Below, piece by piece: positions 19,021 through 27,721 of a stretch of DNA of 64,000 nucleotides. Source of the DNA: an uncultured virus (IMG/VR IMGVR_UViG_3300009155_000060). Lineage: Duplodnaviria; Heunggongvirae; Uroviricota; Caudoviricetes. The position numbers and the translations under genes are program-made. A model generated the notes under the pieces. It was not told the DNA's origin. It was given only the letters and a program-made list of their open reading frames with translations, and searched no databases. How positions within the stretch are numbered: the stretch's first letter is position 1; every line of letters starts with the position of its first letter. The stretch lies in IMG/VR virus record IMGVR_UViG_3300009155_000060, one strand, 5' to 3'.

Positions 19021-22000
19021 ATGGTAGCTTTTGCGGTAGATAAAGACTTTAGGGTAAAGAACGGCCTCGCGGTTGTTAGCACGGCTACGATTTTATCTAC
19101 AGCTATCAGCAATTCAACAAGTACAGGTGCTCTACAGGTAGCAGGCGGGGTCGGGATTGGCGGAAAACTGTATGTAGGCGGACTGGCCAATAACACCTCT
19201 TCTTATATAGTTTATTATAATGTATCCACAGGCGAGCTCGGCTACGGAACTGCTGGCGGTGGTGGTGGTATAGGGAGCCCGTATAGTGGCATATTCACAA
19301 TCACTAATACAACGGCTGCATCATCGACTACTACCGGTGCTCTGCAGGTAGTCGGTGGAGTTGGTATTGGTGGTGCATTATATATCGGTGGCGATATTAA
19401 TACCATTAACGGTCAAATAACTGTAAATGCTCGTGAAACCACTGACGGTTCTTTAAGATCACAGGTAACTATCAGTTCAACCGGTACATATACAAGTGCT
19501 CCTGTTTCAGGTATTGAGTTTTCAGCACAATATCAGGCAGGTGCAGGTGCAGGACTCGGCGGTATTAGTGTAGGAAAACTAAACACTACCAGCGGAGATT
19601 ACTCATCCTACCTATCATTGCATACTAGAAATAATGGTTTTGGTGTTACGGAAAGATTAAGAATTGATAATACTGGTTCTGTTATCATATACAGTACTAA
19701 TGCATCGAACTCAACTAGCACAGGTGCTCTACAAGTAGCAGGTGGTGTTGGTATCGGTGGTAGTTTGTATGTTGGTGATAGTTCAACCGTTACAAATAAT
19801 TTAGTAATTTTAGGTACAACAGCCGCAGGAGCAAATGCTGGAGCATTGAAAGTAGCCGGTGGAATTTATTCTGGAGACAGTTTATACAGTATTAATGGTA
19901 TAAAAGCAGGTACTGTCGGTAATCTATTATCACAGCATATATTACTTATTGCAGGGGCTGCGGGTAGTGGTTGGCAATTATCATCAGTTAATCGGGGTAT
20001 TGACTCTCAATCGTTTGTTAATTTGAATAATATTCTAGACTCCGGCACCATTACTAATGGTATGATGAATAGATTCAGACAATCTACTATCAATAGTGCT
20101 GGCTCACCGGTAACATATACAAATATTTCTACAATATTCATTGATGGTGCTCCAATTGTAGGTAGTCCAGGAACAAATATTACAGTAAACAATGCTTGGG
20201 GAATATATTCAGGCGGTGCTATTGGAATATTTAATACTGCATCAAGTACCTCAACTAATACAGGTGCCCTACAAGTAGTCGGGGGTGTTGGCATTGGTGG
20301 GGGATTATATGTCGGTGGAACTGTAACCGCCACATTGCACGTTGGTAATTTAACCGGTACAGCATCTACAGCTACATTTGCAACCAGTTCAACTTTTGCA
20401 ACCAGTGCCACCTTTGCAACCAGTGCTACTTTTGCCACCAGTGCCACTTTTGCTGCATTTGCTCCAGGTGCCACTAGTGCTAGCACTGCTACATTTGCAA
20501 CCAGTGCCACTTTTGCAACTAGTTCAACATACGCTACCAGTTCAACATACGCCACTGGTTCTAATACTGCTACATTTGCAACTAGTGCTACATTTGCAAC
20601 CAGTGCCACATTTGCAACCAGTGCCACATTTGCAACCAGTGCCACATTTGCAACTAGTGCCACTTTTGCAACTAGTGTTAATACATCAACCTACGCTACC
20701 AGTTCAACTTACGCTACCAGTGCTACTTTTGCAACTAGTGCTACTTTTGCAACCAGTGCCACGTATGCTGCATTTGCCCCGGGTGCTACTAGTGCCAATA
20801 CTGCCACTTTTGCAACTAGTGCCACATTTGCTACCAGTGCCACTTTTGCTACCAGTGCTACATTTGCTACCAGTGCTACATTTGCTACCAGTGCTACTTT
20901 TGCAACAAATGCTAGTACTGCTACTAACATAACTCAGTCACTAGTAGATACAGTGGCCAATAATACTGTTACTCAATCTTCGTCTGTAACATTTTCAACT
21001 GATACTCCATTTGGATTACAAAATAGTTTCTTTACAGGTGCCAGTGGCAATTATCTAACTATTTCAGCATCAACAGCAAGTCAAGTCAGCACAGGAGATC
21101 TTACTCTTGAATTTTGGTTTAAGCCTATTACTGATGAGTATGGAATACTTTTTCAATTTAGCGGCGGCACCTATGGAGATTTTAGATTATTAAAATGGGA
21201 TAACTCAGAAGTTGGATTTATATTAAAATACCAAGGAACTGATTATACTGCAGGAACTAACACAACCGGAGGAGCAACTGGTGCTTCGTTTGTATTAAAC
21301 TCCTGGAACCATGGTGCTTTTGTAAGAAGCGGTAATAATTTTTATGTATACACTAACGGTGTCAGGTATATTACCTTAAACGGAATAGGAACGCCGAATT
21401 TAGCATATTGGCAATATTTTGGATACGGTTACGATAACTGGCCTAACAGTACCTTAACCTGTCCTAATACCTATTTCTATAATGTAAAACTAACCAAATC
21501 GGCATTGTACACCGGTGCAACTTACACAATCCCTGCTGCTCCGTTAAGTGGTGGATCGATGTTAGTCGACGTCGGAGTTTCGCCAAATCTTTCTGGTTAC
21601 ATATATCGACCTAATACAAGATTTAATATTGTAACTGCAACAGCCTTAACAATAGTAGGGCCGACCACTGCTAGATTTGTAAAAACTCCTTATCAACCGG
21701 TAGCACCACGTGGGCTAGTTTATCAAGGTACTGGTACACTGATACAGATAACATCAGTTATTGCAGCTGGTACTAACCCTTATGATCTGGCTGTGGATGC
21801 TAGTGGTAGATTTGTCTACATAGCAAACGGCGGCAGTAATACAATCGACCAATATTCGATTAGTCAAACCACTGGAGCACTATCAACGATAACTACGGCT
21901 ATTGCTGCTGGTACTAATCCTCGGGATGTAGCCACAGACCCTACCGGTAGATTTGTATACGCAGCAAATTTTGGTGATTCCTCGGTCAGTCAATACTCTA

Positions 22001-24798
22001 TTGATCAAACCACCGGAGCACTATCAACGATAACTACGGCTATTGCTGCTGGTACTAGCCCTTTTAGTTTAGCCGTAGATCCTGTGGGAAGATTTGTCTA
22101 CGTGACAAATTATGCCAGTAACTCAGTCAGTCAATATTCAATCAATACCAACACAGGAGCACTGACACAGATAACTACAGCTATTGCTACTGGTAATAGC
22201 CCTTATGATGTAGAAGTAGACCCTACTGGTAGATTTGTATACGTATCAAATTATACCGGTAACTCAGTTAGTCAATACCTAATTAATCAAGCTACCGGAG
22301 CACTATCAACAATAACCAATGCTATTGCTTCTGGTACTAATCCCTATAATTTGGCCATAGACCCTACTGGTAGATTTGTATATGTAGCAAACGGTGGTTC
22401 TTCTTCGGTCAGTCAATATTCAATTGATCAGATTACTGGGGTATTGACACAGATAACCACAGCCATTGCCACTGGTACCCTGCCTTATGGTGCGTTTGTA
22501 GATCCTACTGGTAAGTTTTTGTATGTGCCAAATTATTCTAATAGCACGGTCAACCAATACTCGATTAATCAAAGCACAGGAGCACTGACACAGATAACCA
22601 CAGCCATTGCTGCTGGTACTAACCCCCGGGGCGTGGCGGTAGATCCTACTGGTAGATTTGTCTATGTGGCAAATAGTAGTGGCTCAATCAGTCAATACTC
22701 GATCAATAATTTTAGTGCTGGATCTGGAAGAATAGCTGGGAGATTGTTTGTTAATGGGATGATCAACAGCACTTCTTCCTATATTGTTTATATTAATACA
22801 TCAACTGGCGAATTAAGTTACGGAGTTAATTCTGGAGGAAGTAGCGGCGGCGGTATAACCAGCCCATACAGTGGCATATTTACAATCACTAATACAACGG
22901 CTGCATCATCGACTACAACAGGTGCTCTACAGGTAGTAGGCGGAGTCGGCATAGGTGGGGATATATATGCAGGCGGAGTTGTTAATGCCAGTCAAACCGT
23001 AAGAACAGACAGATTTGTACAATCGCCATATCAACCAGTAGCACCTCGTGGGTTAGTTTATCAAGGTACTGGGGCGATTACACAGCTATCTACTACCACC
23101 ACTGGGCTAATTCCTTATAATATAGCGATAGACCCCACCGGTAGATTTGCATATATTACAAATGCTAATGATAATGCGGTTAGTCAATACTTGATAAATC
23201 AGACCACCGGGGCATTAACATCAATAACGCCGGCAACAACTGCTACCGGAAGTGGCCCTTATGGTATAACTGTAGATCCTACCGGTAGATTTGCGTATGT
23301 GGCGAACAGTGTTAGCTCTGGTTCGATCAGTCAATATTCAATTAACACCGCTACCGGGGCACTATCAACAATAACCACTGCCATTTCTTCTGGTGCTTTT
23401 CCTATCGAAATAATCGTAGATCCCACTGGTAGATTCTTATATACGGCGAATTTTACTAGTCCCGGTGGAGTTAGTCAATACTCAATCAATCAAATTACTG
23501 GAGCACTGACGCAGATAACTACCGACATCAATGCTGGTATTGGATCTCGAGGTATATCTTCAGACCCAACTGGTAGATTCGTTTATGTAGTAAGTGCAAA
23601 TGCTGCCACAATCAGTCAATATTCAATCAACCAAACCACTGGAGCATTATCAACAATAACTACTGCCATCAGTGCCGGCTCCGGTGCCGGTCCTCGAATT
23701 ATTCGTGTAGATCCCTCTGGTAGATTTGCCTATGTAACAAACTATCTCACTAACACAATCGGTCTATATTCAATCAATCAAACCACTGGAGCATTATCAA
23801 CAATAACTACCGCCATCAGTGCCGGTTCTGGTGTTCAAGGCATAGTTATAGATCCTACTGGTAAATTTGTATATGTAACAAGCAGTTCAGACGGTACAAT
23901 CGGTCAATATTCAATCAATCAGACCACTGGAGTACTATCAACAACGACAACTACTGCTGCTGGGTCTGATGGTGCTGGAGCTGCTATAGCTATAGATCCT
24001 ACTGGTAGGTTCCTTTATACCGCGAATAGTAATGCAGGTTTTGGTGTAGTAAATCGATATTCGATCAACAATTTCAGTGCAGGATCTGGCACAATATCAG
24101 GTACTTTAAACATTGCCAGTACAACAACCTCAGTTTCAACTACCACAGGTGCTCTGATAGTGACCGGTGGTGTAGGTATCGGTGGTAGTCTCTATGCCAA
24201 CAAGGTCTATGCCAACGGCACACAGTTACTGCCTACCAGCATACAGGAATTTACTGCATCATCAGGCCAGACTACCTTTACCGTCAGCGGTGGGTATGCA
24301 TTAGGACAGATTTTAGTCTATGCCAACGGTGTTTTGTTAGGAACCAGTGATTATACAGCTTCGGACGGAAGCACCGTAGTTTTATCACCATCAAGAAGAG
24401 CCAATGATCTAATCAAAGTTGTTGTGGGACAAAACTATAACGTTAATGCTCAACAGGCCTATATATTCACAGAGGTAGTGGCATCTACATCAGGTCAGAC
24501 CAGCTTTACTGCCAATTATAATACCGCTACGGTGCAGATATTTGTTGATGGTGTACTACGCAGTCCTACCGCCTACACTGCAACTGATGGTGCTACCATC
24601 GTGCTAGCTTCGGGTAGTGGCATCGTCAACGGCACACGAATAGGTGTTCTTTCATTTAACAGTGTCTCAATCTCAGGAGCACTATCTCTAAGTGGTGGAA
24701 CTATTAATGGCAGTCTCAATGTTACAGGCAGCATACAGAAGAATGGAGTTGATATTGTGGCTCTTAACATAGCTATGTCTGTGGCCCTAGGTGCATAA
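19021..24798 (+). CDS. Giant modular tail fibre/adhesin: hexapeptide array, LamG/ConA-like domain and two 7-bladed beta-propellers
   Basis: DKDFRVKNG start; ATFATS array; LamG-like DLTLEFWFKP...NSWNHGAFVRSG; 14 DP(T/S/V)G(R/K)F-type blades; C-terminal GQTTF..Y....I.V..NGV modules. Confidence 0.8.
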   Translation: MVAFAVDKDFRVKNGLAVVSTATILSTAISNSTSTGALQVAGGVGIGGKLYVGGLANNTSSYIVYYNVSTGELGYGTAGGGGGIGSPYSGIFTITNTTAASSTTTGALQVVGGVGIGGALYIGGDINTINGQITVNARETTDGSLRSQVTISSTGTYTSAPVSGIEFSAQYQAGAGAGLGGISVGKLNTTSGDYSSYLSLHTRNNGFGVTERLRIDNTGSVIIYSTNASNSTSTGALQVAGGVGIGGSLYVGDSSTVTNNLVILGTTAAGANAGALKVAGGIYSGDSLYSINGIKAGTVGNLLSQHILLIAGAAGSGWQLSSVNRGIDSQSFVNLNNILDSGTITNGMMNRFRQSTINSAGSPVTYTNISTIFIDGAPIVGSPGTNITVNNAWGIYSGGAIGIFNTASSTSTNTGALQVVGGVGIGGGLYVGGTVTATLHVGNLTGTASTATFATSSTFATSATFATSATFATSATFAAFAPGATSASTATFATSATFATSSTYATSSTYATGSNTATFATSATFATSATFATSATFATSATFATSATFATSVNTSTYATSSTYATSATFATSATFATSATYAAFAPGATSANTATFATSATFATSATFATSATFATSATFATSATFATNASTATNITQSLVDTVANNTVTQSSSVTFSTDTPFGLQNSFFTGASGNYLTISASTASQVSTGDLTLEFWFKPITDEYGILFQFSGGTYGDFRLLKWDNSEVGFILKYQGTDYTAGTNTTGGATGASFVLNSWNHGAFVRSGNNFYVYTNGVRYITLNGIGTPNLAYWQYFGYGYDNWPNSTLTCPNTYFYNVKLTKSALYTGATYTIPAAPLSGGSMLVDVGVSPNLSGYIYRPNTRFNIVTATALTIVGPTTARFVKTPYQPVAPRGLVYQGTGTLIQITSVIAAGTNPYDLAVDASGRFVYIANGGSNTIDQYSISQTTGALSTITTAIAAGTNPRDVATDPTGRFVYAANFGDSSVSQYSIDQTTGALSTITTAIAAGTSPFSLAVDPVGRFVYVTNYASNSVSQYSINTNTGALTQITTAIATGNSPYDVEVDPTGRFVYVSNYTGNSVSQYLINQATGALSTITNAIASGTNPYNLAIDPTGRFVYVANGGSSSVSQYSIDQITGVLTQITTAIATGTLPYGAFVDPTGKFLYVPNYSNSTVNQYSINQSTGALTQITTAIAAGTNPRGVAVDPTGRFVYVANSSGSISQYSINNFSAGSGRIAGRLFVNGMINSTSSYIVYINTSTGELSYGVNSGGSSGGGITSPYSGIFTITNTTAASSTTTGALQVVGGVGIGGDIYAGGVVNASQTVRTDRFVQSPYQPVAPRGLVYQGTGAITQLSTTTTGLIPYNIAIDPTGRFAYITNANDNAVSQYLINQTTGALTSITPATTATGSGPYGITVDPTGRFAYVANSVSSGSISQYSINTATGALSTITTAISSGAFPIEIIVDPTGRFLYTANFTSPGGVSQYSINQITGALTQITTDINAGIGSRGISSDPTGRFVYVVSANAATISQYSINQTTGALSTITTAISAGSGAGPRIIRVDPSGRFAYVTNYLTNTIGLYSINQTTGALSTITTAISAGSGVQGIVIDPTGKFVYVTSSSDGTIGQYSINQTTGVLSTTTTTAAGSDGAGAAIAIDPTGRFLYTANSNAGFGVVNRYSINNFSAGSGTISGTLNIASTTTSVSTTTGALIVTGGVGIGGSLYANKVYANGTQLLPTSIQEFTASSGQTTFTVSGGYALGQILVYANGVLLGTSDYTASDGSTVVLSPSRRANDLIKVVVGQNYNVNAQQAYIFTEVVASTSGQTSFTANYNTATVQIFVDGVLRSPTAYTATDGATIVLASGSGIVNGTRIGVLSFNSVSISGALSLSGGTINGSLNVTGSIQKNGVDIVALNIAMSVALGA
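20371..20907 (+). repeat. 18-bp tandem array encoding about 30 ATFATS hexapeptides
   Basis: Repeated GC(C/T)AC(A/T)TTTGC(A/T)AC(C/T)AGT units read directly; two AAFAPGATSA interruptions. Confidence 0.95.
21690..22725 (+). repeat. Beta-propeller cassette 1: seven ~47-aa blades
   Basis: Seven DxxG(R/K)F repeats counted between PYQPVAPRGLVY and INNFSAGSG. Confidence 0.9.
23018..24090 (+). repeat. Beta-propeller cassette 2: seven blades
   Basis: Same flanking peptides; seven DP(T/S)G(R/K)F repeats. Confidence 0.9.
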
Positions 24799-24799
24799 C

Positions 24800-24807
24800 T
24801 ATAAATA
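24800..24807 (+). promoter_or_regulatory. T4-type late promoter TATAAATA
   Basis: Exact consensus followed by SD TAAGGA and ATG 24825. Confidence 0.8.
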
Positions 24808-24824
24808 AAATATAAGGAAAAAAA

Positions 24825-27716
24825 ATGGCAAAGTCTCAGTTAAGACAGTATGTTTTTACACCAGGAGCTGCTTCTATAGGTACAATTAGGATACCTGGTA
24901 GAATTGGTTTGGAGCAACTGTTGGTCATTACCAACACTACGGTCAATAAGATACTGTACAATTTTGCAGATTCTACCTATAGCGGAACAACCGCAGTGTT
25001 TACTTCAGGAAATGACGCCACAAACTTTCCTACCATTACTCAGCGAGAAGATGGATATACCACAATTACTCTGGCAGTAACCACTGTAGGTCAAAGTTCG
25101 GGAGACAAGCTCAGTATTTTGATAGAAGTGCCGGAGACCACCTTTAGGCCCTATAGGTTTGGTACAGATGCCATTGAACGTATGCGTATATCACAAGGCC
25201 AGTCAATGATTGATGCTGACTTTGAATATGGTCTTCAACCTACTAAGTGGGGTGGGTATGGCATAGTCCGAGGATACCCTGCCATTTACGAATACCCCGG
25301 TGTTGACTTAACAATTTCTGCAATTACTACAAATGCTGGTAGTCCTAACAGCATTATTACTGTGACTACTGTGCAGGCTCATGGTCTATCAGCAGGCAAC
25401 GCTATTAATATTACAGGAGCATATCCTGTAAGCGGATTTAGTCGAGCAGACGGAAACTTTTTTGTACTAGGGATCAACAGCTCTGTTCAATTTACCTATT
25501 ATGCCTGGGGTGTTGTAGGCGTCACTAACGGTGAAAGTCTTTTCACCGATGCTCAAATTCTTAAAAGGGGTAACGTTTATACAGGAGCTAATTTGAACGT
25601 CGGCAGTGCTGCCAGCAATGGTGCAAGTCCTTCAGTGATCACTATCACGTTTAACAGCAATCACGGACTTGTACCAGGATGTCCTATTTATGTTAATATG
25701 GGGACTGGAACCCTTGCAAATTTAGCGACAGGCCCATTCTTTGTAGAAACTGTGCCTAGCTTGACTACCATTACTTACACAGCAAGAACCGGTGGGATTG
25801 TGGTAACACCTGGTGCTGCTGATCTTTATGCTGTTAATGCAAACAAGATTATTCATAGACCATTTGACGGAGGAGTGCTACTAAGTGCAGGGGTTCCTAG
25901 TCATGCTGCCAGTGTGGTCCGCGTCAGCAAAAAATATTTTAGATATCAGTCAGGTAAAGGGCTGTTATGGTCCACAGGAACACTGCTAAGACCTAATTAC
26001 GATATACGATCCATATCGTCAACTGGTACATCCCCGGGAAGTACTGTTACTGTGCGAACTGATGATGTACCCCATGGGCTGCAGGTGGGTGCTTTGATCA
26101 CAATTTCGGGCGTATTAACTAGTGGGTATAACGGGGATTATTTTATAAATGCAGTGTCGGATGATTATACAGTGACATTTTTAAACACTGCAACACTGGG
26201 ATCGACCACTGGTACACTAGATATAATTGCTAAATTAATTATGGCAAAGTGGCACGGTAGCACAGTTCGAGCAGGGTGTTTTGATGATCAAAACGGCATG
26301 TTTTGGGAATTTGATGGTAGTACACTTTACGTTACAAGACGTAACTCTACTGCACAAATTACCGGAACTATTACAGCCAACCCAAACAGCAATCAAATTA
26401 CAGGGGCCAACACTAGATTCACGCAACAGGTTAGAGCAGGAAATAAGATTGTGATCAGGGGTATGACACACTGGGTCACTACAGTGGCCAGTGATACCAG
26501 CATGTTTGTTAACCCCGACTTTAGAGGAACCTCAGGAGTCAGCGGAGTTAAGGCCAGCCTAGTTCAAGAAACTCGTATACCACAAAGCCAATTCAACATT
26601 GATAAAATAGACGGAACGGGCCCTAGTGGCTTTACTATAGATACAGGTAAAATGCATATGTTGGGTATACAGTACACATGGTACGGTGCTGGATTTATTG
26701 ACTTCATGGTAAGAGGATCTGACGGTAACTGGGTATATGCTCATAGAATTAAAAACAACAACATCAACTATGAAGCACATATGAGATCAGGCAATTTGCC
26801 TGTTAGATATAGTATCGAAAATGAAACAGCAAACGTTTCTTATCTAACGGCTGATCCCGGCAGCGGTGGAACCACATTGACACTAGCAGATAATAGCTGG
26901 TATGCTACCACGGGCACGGTATATATAGATAACGAACTGATCAGCTATACTGGCAAAAGTGGAACGACCCAGCTAACAGGCTGTGGTAGGGCAGCTACAC
27001 TGACACAATATTCCGGTGGTAGTACTAGAAGTTTTACTGCAGGATCTGCTGCTGCACATGGCATAGGAACAGGTGTAATACAGGCATCTTGTTATGGGAG
27101 CCCCACACTGAGTCACTGGGGTAGTGCTTTGATCTGTGACGGGTTGTTTGACAACGATCGTGGTTATATTTTTAACTATCAGAGAGTTAACATCAGCATA
27201 AGTGCCAGCACACAGACTGTATTTTTGGTCAGACTGGCTCCTAGCGTGTCCAACAGTGCAATTGGAGATTTAGGAATCAAGGATCTATTGAATAGAAGCC
27301 AATTGCTATTGAATGCCTGTAACGTCAGTATTGCTAATCCTGCCAGCAACCCTGCCAGTGTCATTATTGAAGGTGTACTAAATCCTAAAAATTTCAATAC
27401 AGCAACATTTACTTCGTTGAATCTAGAAAGTCAAGGTGGGCAACCTAGCCTAGCACAGGTGGCACAGGCCGTTACTTGGACTACTGGAACATCGTTTGCC
27501 ATACCAGGAGAACAGGTATTTGCGTTTACAGCATATCCCAATGCTGATGCCAGTTTGGATCTGTCCGGCCTAAAGGAGTTGACCAACAGCCCATTTGGTG
27601 GAGTGGGAGCGTATCCTAATGGACCAGATGTGTTAGCTATCAATGTACGTGTGTCAAGTGCTGCGGGTACCTGTACTGGTGCTGTGCTGGTACGTTGGGG
27701 AGAGGCTCAGGCCTAA
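24825..27716 (+). CDS. Large virion structural protein (fibre or baseplate-associated)
   Basis: 963 aa; MIDADFEYGLQPTKW; repeated 'T...HGL..G..I.I.G' barrel modules; YFRYQSGKG and YTWYGAG lectin-like segment. Confidence 0.7.
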   Translation: MAKSQLRQYVFTPGAASIGTIRIPGRIGLEQLLVITNTTVNKILYNFADSTYSGTTAVFTSGNDATNFPTITQREDGYTTITLAVTTVGQSSGDKLSILIEVPETTFRPYRFGTDAIERMRISQGQSMIDADFEYGLQPTKWGGYGIVRGYPAIYEYPGVDLTISAITTNAGSPNSIITVTTVQAHGLSAGNAINITGAYPVSGFSRADGNFFVLGINSSVQFTYYAWGVVGVTNGESLFTDAQILKRGNVYTGANLNVGSAASNGASPSVITITFNSNHGLVPGCPIYVNMGTGTLANLATGPFFVETVPSLTTITYTARTGGIVVTPGAADLYAVNANKIIHRPFDGGVLLSAGVPSHAASVVRVSKKYFRYQSGKGLLWSTGTLLRPNYDIRSISSTGTSPGSTVTVRTDDVPHGLQVGALITISGVLTSGYNGDYFINAVSDDYTVTFLNTATLGSTTGTLDIIAKLIMAKWHGSTVRAGCFDDQNGMFWEFDGSTLYVTRRNSTAQITGTITANPNSNQITGANTRFTQQVRAGNKIVIRGMTHWVTTVASDTSMFVNPDFRGTSGVSGVKASLVQETRIPQSQFNIDKIDGTGPSGFTIDTGKMHMLGIQYTWYGAGFIDFMVRGSDGNWVYAHRIKNNNINYEAHMRSGNLPVRYSIENETANVSYLTADPGSGGTTLTLADNSWYATTGTVYIDNELISYTGKSGTTQLTGCGRAATLTQYSGGSTRSFTAGSAAAHGIGTGVIQASCYGSPTLSHWGSALICDGLFDNDRGYIFNYQRVNISISASTQTVFLVRLAPSVSNSAIGDLGIKDLLNRSQLLLNACNVSIANPASNPASVIIEGVLNPKNFNTATFTSLNLESQGGQPSLAQVAQAVTWTTGTSFAIPGEQVFAFTAYPNADASLDLSGLKELTNSPFGGVGAYPNGPDVLAINVRVSSAAGTCTGAVLVRWGEAQA

Positions 27717-27721
27717 ACTAG

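Noticed and set aside
20371..20907. Tandem array considered as a CRISPR array or RNA repeat
   Set aside because: No unique spacers, and variation is mostly synonymous within a coding frame.
20007..20932. Long alternative-frame ORFs (218 aa minus, 184 aa plus, 73 aa minus) over the hexapeptide array
   Set aside because: They are by-products of an 18-bp repeat lacking stops in other frames; no start signals.
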